From NCBI GenBank assembly GCA_013265495.1, contig MU058206.1:498001-562000 (forward strand): 64,000 nt of DNA, in the 5' to 3' direction. Positions 37,601 to 49,849 of the stretch are shown here, piece after piece. Under the pieces are notes generated by a model. The model was not told the origin of the DNA. It worked only from the letters and a program-made list of their open reading frames with translations, and did not search any database. A program made the translations under genes and the position numbers. The DNA is from Vicugna vicugna (lineage: Eukaryota). Position 1 is the first letter of the stretch. Each line of letters starts with the position of its first letter.

Positions 37601-40600
37601 TGAGCCTCGGGCCCAGGCGGTGTGTGCCAGTGCGTGTCTATCTGGGGGGTCTGCATTTATCGCTGGGCTTGTGTGTAGAGCACACGTGAACGTGAAGACA
37701 CCCAGAGTGCTAGTAGCTAATAGCTCACCTTTTAGACACTGCACTAAGGACCTCACATGGATTATTCCATTTCATCCTCACAACAATCCTATGGTGTTGG
37801 CACTATCATTACCCCATTTTATAGGTGAAAAGACTGAGGCACAGAATAGCAAGTGAATGGTAGAGAGACAGGTCCAGACCTTGAGCTCTTAACTCTACCC
37901 TCCCTCACCTCAAAGCAGCTTGTTCTATGTCTGTGAGTGGTAGGTCAGCGTGTGCAGGTGTGTGTGTGGGGAGTCGTCCCCCCAGCCCTCAAACCTCACC
38001 CCCTCCCCTTACCTTTCTTTTCAGCTGCTGGATCTCCGCCTCAGTCACAGCATGCTTGATCTGGAGCTGTGGGGGCAGAGGCGCAGACACTCAGCTCTGG
38101 CTGGGGCAGGCAGTGCTGCAGGGCTGGGTACTGGCCTGCCCTTGCCCTCCACCACCCCAGGGACCCCGCCTCCCACCTCCTTGAACTTGTGCACCAGCTT
38201 CTCAGGCTCCATGTCCACAGGAGACAAGGCATCCTCATTCTCTGCCAGCTCAAACACCTCGATGGCCATCTCGCCACCCGGGAACGTGGGGCTCAGCTCC
38301 TCATCCTCGTCGGTGGCATACTCTCCCGTCTGCGAAGGAAGACAGGAGGCTGTGCACCCTGCCCACCCCAGCCTCCCCCAGCCCTGATGACCAAAAGGCT
38401 TAGAACAGCCGCAGTCTGGCTGTGTCAGACTGGCGGCAACGCCGGAATGTGGTTTATGCCTCCTCCATCAGACTGGGGCCATACCAGGAGCATAGTCTGT
38501 GTCTACCCCCAGCAGCCCGGACAGTCCCCTGAAGGTAGGGGTAGTTCCCCTACGAAACAGACCTCTGAAGAAACAGCCTCTGCTTTCCCTCACCACCAGC
38601 AGGTCCCCTGAGGTCTGGGGCTTTCTCCTTCCTCAGACCAAGGTTAGGGGAATGCCTTTCCCTCAGAGCGGGGGCTCTTTGAGGGAACTGTTTTTTCCTT
38701 GTAGGACCAGGAGGGCTTTCTGAAGACAGAGGATGTGACTCCTCCATCAGACTAAAGGTTCTTTGAGGGAAAGGTCTGCATCACCTCCCTCAGGCAGGGG
38801 GCTCCCTCAGGATAGCAGTGGCCTGGGAAAGCGGCAGAGGCAGATGGCTGTAATACTGTATCAGCCACCAGGGGGCGATGCTGCTGCCAGGCAGGCAGAG
38901 TCCCTACCTCCTCGTCATCCTCCCCGTACTGGGCGTATCTCTGCTCCATCATCTCCCGCTGCCATCGCTCCTGTTCCAGGGTCTGCTGAATTAGCTGGGC
39001 CACCTCACTCTGCTCACCTGGCCGCTCCCGGCCAATCATAAACCTGCAGGGGTAACAGCAACGTCCCCTTTGTCTCTGTCCTTAGCTGGATAATGCCACC
39101 ACCCTCCCCGCTGGTATTCCCCTCTCCACACCCAGGTACTCCCAGGGGAGGTGAAATGAGAGGGCTGAGTCCAAAGGCTGCAGAGTGTTAATAATGAATG
39201 GGGGAGCCGAGGGCCTTTACTGGGTTTCCTCCCCGGGAGAGGCAGAGGCCCACTAGCCCTCCTAGCCAGTTTTGGGGGAGGGGAGATGTCAGTCAAACTC
39301 TGGGCTGGGCTGCAGGGGACATGACTTCAGGAGGTGCCAGTGTAGGCACTCTTCCCCCACCACACAGGGGAAAACGAGGCAGGGGACTGCCAAAGCTGAC
39401 CCCGGGGCTGTGGAGAGGTGTCTTGTGTGAGCTCCAAGGCCCGGAGCTTCAGGAAGGGGCGGGATGATGGCGACTGGAGATTAGGATGGAGAGGAAATAG
39501 TGGAACTTCCAGGCACCAGCCCCTCCTCTCTGTGGCCACCCACATCCTGTTTCTCTCTACCACCCTTTCCTGGGGGCAGTGCCCCTCTTGGAGGGGGCAG
39601 GAAGTGGTCCCTGAATGTTATGGCAGAGAGGAACACAGGGAGCATTCTGACCCAACCCCCTTAATTGACAGGCCCAGGGAGGAGAGTCCTCCTAGGAAGA
39701 CACTGGCCAGAGAGGAGGGAAGGATGAACCCCAATTTGGATGGCATTCTCCTCACACATCTGGGATCTTCAATGAATGAGTCGCAACAGGCAGGGGGAAG
39801 GAGATTAACCCTAAGAAGTCAGTTTGGAGGTGTGCTGGTCAGTGGGTCTTGAGCCCAAGAGCTGGTGGCTAGCAGCGATCAGCGGCTGGAGATGGGAAGG
39901 CAGACGAGACAAGGGATATGCACACAGCAATTCCTTCTGGCAGGGAGACAGGGGAACCTTCTCTGTAAGCAGGGCCACCCAGAGCTTTAACTTGGTGTGG
40001 GCAGGTGGGCAAAGTGTCCAGATGAAAGCTGAGCCTCCTTTGTGCTCCCACTCCCCACCGCCCCGGCCTCCCGGGCCTCACCGCACGCGGCCCTTGGTAT
40101 TCCGGAGCACGGAGGCTGCAAAGCTCTGGGTCACTCCCACCAGACTCGTTCCATCCACCTCCACCAGGAGATCGTTCACCTGGATCCTAGGGGGAGTGAC
40201 ATTAGTTAGGGGCCACGAGGGGAACTATGGAGCTGGGCTTGCCATGGTCCCCTTCCCATCAGAAACTTGAGACTCAGTCCCCACAGGGACCTGGCACTTT
40301 GTCTACCTGCATAAAATACATGAGGCCAGAGGATCAGGTATCAGCCAGGCTCACCTGTGCGCAGTGAGCCCCAGGCAAGCACACCAGACACAGGCAACCG
40401 GGACCAGGAAGCACTTCTCGTGGTAATCACACACTAGTCCCCTCCTCCATCACACCGGACAGACCAGTGTGACATCCATAGAGCTCATCATGGCCATGCA
40501 CACAGGTAAGGGCCCGCACACAGGTAAGGGCCCGCACACACGTAGCCCTCTTACACATCCATTTCTGCAGAGACCTGAGTCCGCAGATTTCCTCCACACA

Positions 40601-43600
40601 CACACAGTCCCAAAGGGTCACCTCCCCTGATACAGGTACACAGCCCCCAACACCTCCAGCTGTGGCTCAGAGAGCCCTTGTTCTCCACACAAGGAGAGAG
40701 ATGGGGGTGGTCTAGCCTGGTCAGCTGAGGGAGATGAAGGAGTGGGAGGGACCCTTAGCCACCTCCTTCCTCCACTCCTACCTCCCCGGGAGCGCCAGGC
40801 GTCTCTCAGGGCTCCCACACGGAAATGGAGGAAATGGCCTGTTGTAAACAGCTCGCCCCCACACGCCCCACATGGGGGCATGAGCTCTGGGACAGCGGAC
40901 ACTCTCATATGCACACACACTCCCCAAAAGGCCAACAGACGACCATGGAAAAGCCTCTGGAAAGCTCAAATTAGAGGGCAAGTGAAAGAGCAGGAATGGT
41001 CACCTTCCTTTTCTCTGCCTCCCGCTCCACGCCAACTGGGCTGCAGCAGGCAGAAGCCCCCTGAACAAGGCAACCCCACCCTGAGCAGCACAAGCCCAGT
41101 TCTCACAGGGATACCCACTCTTCTCTGTCACATGGAGGGATCTGGGTTTAGAGGTACCACAGATACCCCTGAAATCAATCTTCAACTCACAACAACCCAG
41201 GAGGGCCCTAAAGCCATTCCCACATCCCCTCTGCAGTACACCCCCAGAAAGGTCACTGGGCTGCCCAGGACTCCAAGAGGTCCTCCCTGAGCCCTCTGAC
41301 CCACAGAACTCATGCCCTCCAGCCTCAGATGCCAAACACAGGTATGCAGGCACGGAGCAGCCTCCTCTCTGGCACCCCCTCTACCTCTGGTTCTGCTAGC
41401 ACCACTCACCTGGTCCCGTTCGCTTTCTAGGCTCCAGCACACCTGCCTGCTTTCAGTCCCCTGCGTGGGACGCCTTGCACACCCACTCCCTCGGCCTAGC
41501 TAACTCCTGCTTGTCCTTCAGCTCTCAGCTCCTACATCACTTCCCTGATACCCAGAGAGGTCAAGCCCTCCTGTTGTAGGCTTTGCCCCCATTTCACCAT
41601 TTTCTGTGTGTCCACTTAAATGTCCATCTGCCTCACTACACAACACATTTCCCAAGGGGAGGGCCCTCATCACTGATTCCTCGGGGCCTGGCACCAACCT
41701 TATGACAGAGTCAGAGACTCCTATTTGCTAAACAAACAAAAAAGCTCATATGTACTCCACCAGGCACAGAGCCTCCACACCCGCACTCTCCCCACCATGG
41801 CCCAACACTCACAACCAGGACATGCAACACCCACACAGCCCCCTAGTATGCAAGCCCCAATGGGGTGAGGGCTCCATCTGTTTGGTTCACTGTCCCCCCA
41901 GGGCCTCGACCAGCACCTGGCACAGCAGTGCTCCACCGACATCTGAGCCCCACACAGGTAGTGGCCCGGCTCACAGGACGGTGGCTGATCAGGGAAGTGG
42001 GGGCGGTACCTGCCATCCCGATGGGCCGCTCCACCCTCAGTCACAGTCTTGACGAAGATGCCCAGCTTCTCCAGGCCCATGTCCGCCCCGGCCCCCATGC
42101 CAATGATGCTGATGCCCAGGCCCTCGGAGTCTGTGGAGCAGAGGGTGATGAGAAGCCAGTAAGGGGTGGGGGGCTCCAGCCAGGGGCTTGCGGGAGACAG
42201 AGACCCCCCCACCCCCAACCCTCACTCTGGGGTATGCACAGCCCCACCTCAAGAAGCAGCCTCCATGCTTAGAGGATATCCCACACCTGAGGAAGGAACA
42301 TGGTTCTGTCCACCCCCTTTCCCAAGCCAACTAGGATGCTCTTGTGTCACTCCCTGCCCTCTGCCCCACCTGCAGCAGGGGGTGCTAAGGGGAGTACTAT
42401 TTGTATGCAGATGAAGGTGTGGAGTAGCCAAGGGAACAGGGCCTTCCCCTCTCTAAGCAGTGTAATCCTTGCTCAGAGCCTCAATGACTCAAGACCTACT
42501 GCTTTTCTCTCTCCCAAGGCCCACTCCTCTCTCCACAGCTGCCCCCGCCTGTTTCATGGGCTTCTGACATCCAATATCATGATCTTCCCCTACGAACAGG
42601 CTTTTCCCATCCGCCACTCCCTGGCGCCTGGGAGTCACCTGGATTCTTCCCTCCCCCTCATAGCCTCTGCTAAAGCCAAACAACCCCAAGACCCTGCCGT
42701 TCCCACCTCCCAAGGATCTCTCAAGTCCACCCACTTCCTGTACCGCCATCATCTTGTCTACCCCACAGTGGTCCCTCTCCATCCACTGATGACCCTTCAC
42801 CCCACATCACAGCCTGGTATGGAGCAGGATGGAGAGAGGCAGAGGGGCACCGGGCCCCAGCTGACCTCTGGAACATCTTTCCCATGACTTGCATGGCTTC
42901 CAGTCCATTTTAGAAAAGAGTGGTCTATGAGGAGTTGCTTACACACCTCTCTTCCCCCACCATCCAAACCCAGCCAGGTCTCTCCTCTCTCCCACATGCT
43001 GCCCTGATCTCCTCTGCAGAGCTCAACTCAAGCATCACTTCCTTGGGGACCCCCCTGAGTCTGGTCAGGTCTCCTGTTCGGTGCAGCCCCTCTCTTCCTT
43101 TTCCAGCCCCTATCACTGTGCATTAGGATGCAGTTCAGCATGACCGTTCCATCCATGCCTGTGTCCCCTGTCTGTCTCCCATCATTGTTTGGCCCACATA
43201 GCCCAGGACGCAGCCCAGTGTGCTCCTGGGGACTTGGTAACTGCAGAAGCATGTGGTGCAGCATGACAGACAGGGGTGGCGGTGGTGGGCGCTTGGGCTG
43301 GGCTGAGTCCACATGGCTCTGGGGCGCTGACATGGGCCCAGTCAGAGGTAGGAGCACAAAGTGTCAGTGGAAGCCCGAGGGTCCAGGGCAGAAGCGGGCA
43401 TTAGGGAGGAGTCCCCTCCCAGGTGGCCTGGCTCACCCTTCTCCAGCTCCACAGGGAACAGCTCCAACCTCTCCACCCGCTTCTCCAGCTCGTACTCAGC
43501 AGAGGCCGCCATGGGATCGACGTCCTCATTGCGACGATCGTAGTCCTCGTTGGAGTAGGTGCTGAACACCTGGGGAAGAGGCCATTTGTCAGAGGGGCGA

Positions 43601-45448
43601 CAGGAGGGCAAGGGCTGAACTGGCGTGAAGAGGCCAGGGCAGGCTGTGCCTGCCACCCACCATGCTCCCCTCCTGCCGCAGGCCTCTCCCACCCCCGGAC
43701 AGGTGGCGATGAGGCCTCCCCTCCAGCCGCGATGACCCCAGCTCGGAGTGAAGGCCCTTCTCTGGAGCTGTGGGGCAAGAGACAAAGGGAGCATTGCCCC
43801 ATCCACACCACAATTCTCTTCTGCAGCCTCGACCACATGGGCATGGCCAGCTGGAATAGGAAAGGAAGGTCAATGCTGGAGAAATTGTCAGACGCAGGAA
43901 CCCAGGTTCCCAGGTCCCCAGGTCACGGAGAGACTGACACATAACCCCTGTCCCAGACAAAGGCGAGGGTGCACATGGACACAGACGGCAGGAGAGAGAG
44001 GAAAGAACAAGCTGAGCAGAAGAGGGGAAGAGGAGGAGGGAAGAGTGGGGAAGAGGCTGGAGGATGCCAGATGGGGAGAGAGGGGGGTGCGGGTGTGAGA
44101 CGTGGGGAGGGGGTGGGGGAGGGGAGCAGGGGAGAGCAGGGTGGAGAGAGGCAGAGGGGCACTGGGCCCCAGCTGACCTGAACCTGAAGTTGAGGCGGGG
44201 AGGGGGAGGAGGGAGGCAGGAAGGACCACCTCTGCCCTCAAGGAGGAAAAATGGAGAGAGGCAGAGGGGCACTGGGCCCCAGCTGACCTGAACCTGAAGT
44301 TGAGGCGGGGAGGGGGAGGAGGGAGGCAGGAAGGACCACCTCTGCCCTCAAGGAGGAAAGGCAGGCCCTCCATCTGAGCTGCCCCTATGGCCTTGCCTGC
44401 CTGGCCAGGTCTCAGTCTCCCTCCAGAGCCACAGCTCTCTGGGGTCTCCCTTTATCCCCAGCACATTATGAGGTCCAGCAGAGGTCCTGGCCCAGTGCCC
44501 TGGAGAGAGGAGGGAGGTGGCAGCCTCGGACACTGTCCACAGCAAACCTGGCCTCATTGTCCCCTTCACTCCTCTGCTGTCTCTCAGCAGAAAGGGGAAT
44601 CTCCTAGCCTGACCCTCCTGCAAAGAACAGGGAAGGTAGGACAAGGCTCTGCAGGAGCACCCAATTCGGGGCCCAGGCAGGGTGCCCCCAGTGGGAAGTT
44701 AATGAGCACCATTTGGGGTACCATGATGTGTTCCTGCTTCATTGCCCGCAGCGACAGGTTGGCACCACTTGGAGCCAAGTGGGGGCGACGAAGGGTGGCA
44801 GCAGCTCTATCAGATGGCTGGGCCTGTGGCCTGAGGAGCTGGAGTGGGGCACCGTCTCCTCCAGGAGCAGACCTCATAGGCACCCAGGTGGGCAGTAGCA
44901 TTCTTGTGTCCCAGCCTTGGTTTGGTGTCACCCCTCAAGCCCCACCGCAGACGCTCGCTCCCACAAGGTGGCTCCTAACTGGGAAGGGCCTATGTGGTCA
45001 CTTAACTCACTGGCCTCAATTTCACAGCATCAGAGAAAGCTGGGGTCAAACCCTTAAAGCTCCTCATCAACAGTGCAGTGGTCGGACTGCCCTCTTGACA
45101 TCTGGCCGGTGGCCCCCAGGCTCCTGGGAGGGACGGGTCACTTTGCACATAGTGCAAGATACCAGGTCCACTGCCCAAGGACATGGGGTTAGCTCACGGC
45201 AGGGCAGGATGATACTGCGACCAGATGGGCTCTGGTGGGTGGGCCACTGTGACTTTGTCCCCATTGCACAGGTGCCCCAGGACAAGGGCTGGCGTGTGCC
45301 TAGACCCTGCAAACCAGCTTTGGCCCACTTTTGCATTTCAGTCCCCTGACCCTCACCCTCCCATTCATCAGAGAAAGTCCCTTCATCCCTCAGTCTGTGT
45401 GGTGGCTTGGGTAAACCAAATCCCTCCCCTCATGCATGAGCGCATGAA

Positions 45449-45501
<53 letters not shown>

Positions 45502-48500
45502 TGTGACCTCCAAAACACCCCCACAGCTTGTTCTGGGCTTTGCCCTCCCCTCTTTTCTCAGCCTATCAAATCCTGCCCCCTGCAGGAAACCCAGGCCTCT
45601 GGCTTAGAGGCCCCAGACCACCCCTCATTGCCCACCACCATGCATCCAGCCTATCAGAGGGCCCTGGAGCCAGTCTCCCTTCTCCAGGTGACAGTCTGGA
45701 ATTGAGCTCTCTGTCCTCAGCAGAATCCTCCGTCAAGGCAACAACTGGGTCATCTGAGAGGCACCAGACCCTGGACTTAGTATCAATGCAGGGGTTGGGG
45801 CAGAGAGAGGGAAAAACTGGGTGAGAGGAGGGAGTCCCCAGCAAGGTCAAAAGTCAGACACACAAAGGTGGCGCTACACACCACAAGCTCCCACACTCAG
45901 GCAAGCAACAGTCACCAGGGAGTTAGGGAGCACTGCTCCAAATCATGTGCTATTTTTTACCCAAAAATCAGGGTAAGGTGTCAAATATAGACAGTCAGAG
46001 GTCCAGGACTGAAAGACTAAACTCCACCTCTGAGGGGATCAGGCAGCTCAGGGAACTGGTTGTGGTGGTGGTGGGAGGTCCTGGTTGTCACAGTCGTCCC
46101 CACCTCTGTCCTCAGTGTCCCAAGAAACCCCCCATAATGCTCAATTCCCTCCCTCCAGGATCCCAGCGCCTTCAGAAGGGGAGAGGGGAGGGAAAGGGGC
46201 TTGTGAGGTCACAGCCCTGGGGAAGGGGCTAGCCCTGGAGGGGAGTAGTACTTTTCAAGCCTCTTGGGGTGGGAGATGGGAGAGGAACCGAGGAACTGGG
46301 GCAGGTGAGAGGAAACGTGGGTAGCTTCAGTGTCCAGTAGTTATGGCAAGTGCAATCAAACAGATGAGGGTTTGGCTAGGGAAGGGTAAAGGCTTCCTTC
46401 CCCGGGCCACCCCCAGGAAGCCAACTTGGGCACATGAAGCACAGCTGAGCCTGGGGCGGTAAGAAAGAGCCATTAGGCTGAATGTGTCAGCCAAGAATGG
46501 AGGGTACTAAGAAGGAATGGGTGGTGCTAGGGTTCTTCATTCTCCCAGGGGATGTCCCCCATCATCAGCACTGTTCTGAGGATCTCAGAGCAATGGTACA
46601 ACCCACAAACCAATCACCAATAGTGGGGGGGGGCAGCTGAGGCACCCCTCAAAAAGGGGCAGCTCCCACCCCTCCTTCAGGGAATCCAGAGAATGTGGCA
46701 AGAGCGCCTGCGGCCTGCCAAAGCCAAGAGCAAAAGTAGGAAGGCTGCTGCCAGGCACCTGGGGGTTTCCTAGCCCCACTTCCTTCTCTTCCATACCCTG
46801 CTGAAGGCCTAGCCTCCTCAAAACCAAAGAAAGTGCCTGCTCGCTGTGGAACCCTACACCCCCACCTTGGGAGCTGGCCCAGCACAGACCCCAGGGAACC
46901 GGCCTCCAGTCACATGGCTCCAGCCCAGCTCACCCTCACAGACATGCTTCCCTCTTTCACTTCTGCAAAGTTGGGGTGAGGGCTACAGGCAGTTAGGAGG
47001 AAGGGCCACAGTCGGTCCCCTGCACCTTCGTTTTGGGAAGTTCCAGGTTCCTCCCCCACCCCTATGCAACTCCAGTGCAGGGGGAAAGCAGGGGGTGTTT
47101 CTAAGCTCCCCTGGCCTCTCCTACCCAGAATGGAGTAAGGACCAAAGTGGGGAGGCTCTCCTGAGGACATACACACACACCTTCCCAGCGACCAAGCCCT
47201 GGCCTCTGGAGGGAGAATGACTGGGAAAGGAAGGCAAAGCAGGTGTCCCAGGGTGTGCGTGGGGCAGGGCGGGTGCGTCTAAGCGCTGGGCAGGGCAGCA
47301 GGCAGAGGAACCTGAGGGCAGGTCAGGGCAGGTCATCCTGTCTCAAGCCTGAAAATTTTCCCCTCTGACAAACACCTGGAAGTCCCCCATACCCCGCTCA
47401 GGGTTGTAACTTCTGGGAAGGGGGCTGGGTGGCAGGGCTGACTCAGCCTGCCAAACCCGGCTGGCTGGTTGGCGAGGTGGGGGCGACAGCGTGCACGTGG
47501 CAGGGGCGGGGCGGGGGTGGGAGGGGGCTCACTTACTTGGATGGGCGCCGTGCTGAAATGGATCTTCCGGCTAGGGGCCGGGTCCTCTTCCTCCGAGAGC
47601 CCCGGTATCTCCACACAGCCCGATTCGGGCTCGTAGGGGGGCTCCCCCTCATCCTCGTCTTCTTCGTCGTCCTCCTCCAGGGCACTGCCCCCAGAGTCCT
47701 CCCCCAGCCCACTGTAGGCGCTCACGTCCACCAAGTCAGCCTCCGAGAAATCCTCCTTCTTGGACTCGTCCGCCTCCTCGGGGGCCACGTCCGGGGCCCG
47801 GCCACTGCCTACCCCTCTCTCAGGTGCTGCCACGGTCGCAGCCTCCTCCTCCTCCGGGGCCGCCTGGGCCTTCGGCTCCTCGGGCGCGGGGCTGGCGGTG
47901 GTTGCCAGGGCGCTGCCATTCTCCAGGGCCGCGTGGACCGTCACCTCCGCCTGGATCACCTCTGTGGGCGCCGCCTCGGCCTCTGACTCCCCGCTCTCCT
48001 CCACCTCCACCGGCTTAATCTTGCGCACCTCCCGGGGCTTGGGGGGAGGCCGGGCGGGGGCCACTCGGTGCTGCGGGGGCTGCTGCCCCCCGGGGCCGCG
48101 TTCCTTCTCGGCTGGGGCATCCCCCGACGGGGCGGGGGGCGGCGGGGGCGGCTGGAACACCCGGGACCGCTTGCTGACCAGCTTCGAGTTGACCTGCGGA
48201 GCCCCGGCGCCAGCGACCCTGGGCAGCCCAGGCCCGCGGTGGAGGCCGGTCCTCGAGTCGGCCTTCTCAAAGACAGCACTGAGCTGGCTGACCGTCGGCG
48301 ACACGGCGTCAGTGTCCAGCTTGTCCAGCGCCTCGGTGCTGCCGTTGAAGCGCACCACGACGTCCAGCTTCCGGTCCTGCAGCCCGGCGCGCTCCTGCCT
48401 CAGCAGCCGCCGCGCCGCGGCCTCCTTGTCGCCGCCCGAGGCCGCGGGGACACTCCGTTCGAACAGCTTCCGCGTCTCCTGCAGCCGGGACGGCGGGTGC

Positions 48501-48913
48501 GGCGGCGGCGCGGGCTGCGTGGAGGGAGCGGGCTTGGAGTCGAAGCGACTCACGCGTTCCGACACGCTGGTGCCCAGCTTGAGCAGGGCGCTGTGGTCCA
48601 CGTTCTCGTTCAGGCTGCTGGCCCGTGGCAGCGACAGGCGCACGCCGCGCTCCGGCGCCCGCAGGGCCTCGGTGGGGCCCGCGCCGCCGCCCGCCTCGCC
48701 CGGCGCGCCAGCCGTCGTGCCCATCTGCAGGAACATACTTTTGATGCGGTGGACGTTGGAGCCATATTTCTTGTGGTGGGCCGCCTTGGGTGCCTCGTCG
48801 GGCCCGGGCGCGTCGGGAGGCTTCAGAGCCTGGATGCCCGCCTCGTAGGCGCTGCGGTGCGGGGAGGCGCTCCGGAGGGGACCCCCGGGCCCCCGCGGCT
48901 CCGTCTTCATCAT
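34602..48913 (-). CDS. PPP1R9B: Neurabin-2 / spinophilin, protein phosphatase 1 regulatory subunit 9B (819 aa)
   Basis: Exons 48913-47537, 43569-43437, 42130-42010, 40186-40082, 39043-38908, 38329-38177, 38066-38013, 35489-35260, 34956-34860, 34655-34602 total 2460 nt. Has MMKTEPRG actin-binding N-terminus, PP1-binding RKIHF, PDZ (GLGISIIG) and coiled coil; ends TLRNSNST*. Confidence 0.97.
34860..34956 (-). CDS. PPP1R9B: PPP1R9B exon 9
   Basis: [32 protein letters not shown]|gtaggc. Confidence 0.95.
35260..35489 (-). CDS. PPP1R9B: PPP1R9B exon 8 (coiled coil)
   Basis: [29 protein letters not shown]...[11 protein letters not shown]. Confidence 0.95.
38013..38066 (-). CDS. PPP1R9B: PPP1R9B exon 7
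   Basis: [18 protein letters not shown]|gtaagg. Confidence 0.94.
38177..38329 (-). CDS. PPP1R9B: PPP1R9B exon 6
   Basis: [51 protein letters not shown]. Confidence 0.95.
38865..38878 (+). promoter_or_regulatory. CTCF motif
   Basis: CCACCAGGGGGCGA with a correctly spaced upstream TGTAATAC module. Confidence 0.65.
38908..39043 (-). CDS. PPP1R9B: PPP1R9B exon 5
   Basis: [45 protein letters not shown]. Confidence 0.95.
40082..40186 (-). CDS. PPP1R9B: PPP1R9B exon 4 (PDZ)
   Basis: [35 protein letters not shown] read by hand. Confidence 0.95.
42010..42130 (-). CDS. PPP1R9B: PPP1R9B exon 3 (PDZ)
   Basis: [41 protein letters not shown]. Confidence 0.96.
43437..43569 (-). CDS. PPP1R9B: PPP1R9B exon 2
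   Basis: [44 protein letters not shown]. Confidence 0.96.
44142..44359. repeat. Perfect 110-bp tandem duplication in PPP1R9B intron 1
   Basis: 44142-44249 is identical to 44252-44359 (period 110). Confidence 0.92.
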
Positions 48914-49419
48914 AGTGGGGGGAGCCGGGTTCACATCCCCACGCTTCCCGCTCCCCCCCTCCAAAAGGCGGCTGGCCAATTCGGGACCACCGCCCCCTCC
49001 TCCAGAAAAAAAAGGAACCCCGAAAGGCCTTTTTTAGGCTCCCCTCAAACCAAGCTGCCAAAAACAGTTAACCTCGCTTTAAAAAAAAAAGGGGGGGGGA
49101 AAAAAATCTCCGAGCGCCCTGTGTGGGTCGCCACCCCCAATCAAGCTGCTAAAGACAGCCAGCTCCTCTTCCCAAGCCCGAGCGGCCTGGTACGGTCGCC
49201 CCCACCCAAATTAGAAAAGCGGCCGCCGGGGCCGGTGGGACCGCGCGCCCTGCCCGCGAAGCAGCGTCGGAGGCGCCGGCTCACATCGTCCGAGGCGGTG
49301 TCAGCGGGGCTGGTAGCCCGGGCGCCCCCAACCCCGGCCGGGGGCCTTGGTTCTCGGGGGGCCCGGCACCCAGGCGCCCATGGCTGTTCGGCCGGCCCGG
49401 GCTGCTCCGCCGCCGCGCC

Positions 49420-49451
<32 letters not shown>

Positions 49452-49640
49452 ACTGCCCGAGCGGCGGCTGCCCGAAACCGAGCGGCTGCCCTTCTCGCCG
49501 CCGCCGCTGGGGGACTGGCACGTCTGGGTCCTAAAGGGATCGGATTTCCGGGGCCCGGAACCTGTGAGCCCTCCCCTTCCCCTCCTCTCGACTGTATCTC
49601 CTCCCCTGCCCCTTCCTCGCCACAGCCTTCCGCTGACCCT
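47480..49640. promoter_or_regulatory. PPP1R9B: CpG island over the PPP1R9B promoter and exon 1
   Basis: Very high GC and CpG density. Confidence 0.85.
47537..48913 (-). CDS. PPP1R9B: PPP1R9B exon 1 coding part
   Basis: [26 protein letters not shown]...[12 protein letters not shown]|gtaagt. Confidence 0.97.
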
Positions 49641-49849
49641 AGACTCTGGCCAGTCGTCTTCAACCCTTCCATCCCAGCCTCTTACTGCGGTTTTTCAAGA
49701 CCCACATAACCTCACGCCCACAAAATACTGGGGGGGAGGCAATCCACAGTGGTCTCAGTGTGGCCCTTCACCCCAGAGGTGAAGGGAGAATAGATAGTGG
49801 GGAGGGGCACAGGATCATTTCTTTCAAGATTCCTCGATTCCCTAGTATG

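Noticed and set aside
37167..37688. Four CACGTG E-boxes in PPP1R9B intron 7
   Set aside because: Embedded in TG/CA-rich low-complexity sequence where the hexamer arises easily; no other support
44142..44359. Repeat array resembling CRISPR
   Set aside because: Mammalian DNA; two adjacent copies with no unique spacers
44387..45349. 320-aa + strand ORF in PPP1R9B intron 1
   Set aside because: No recognisable domain and no coding-like composition; expected by chance at this GC content
48914..48979. 22-aa N-terminal extension of PPP1R9B from a TTG
   Set aside because: Artefact of alternative starts in the ORF track; the recognised protein starts MMKTEPR
47760..49534. Long + strand ORFs (362 aa and 488 aa) antisense to PPP1R9B exon 1
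   Set aside because: Stop-poor shadows of a very GC-rich coding exon; non-ATG starts and low-complexity products
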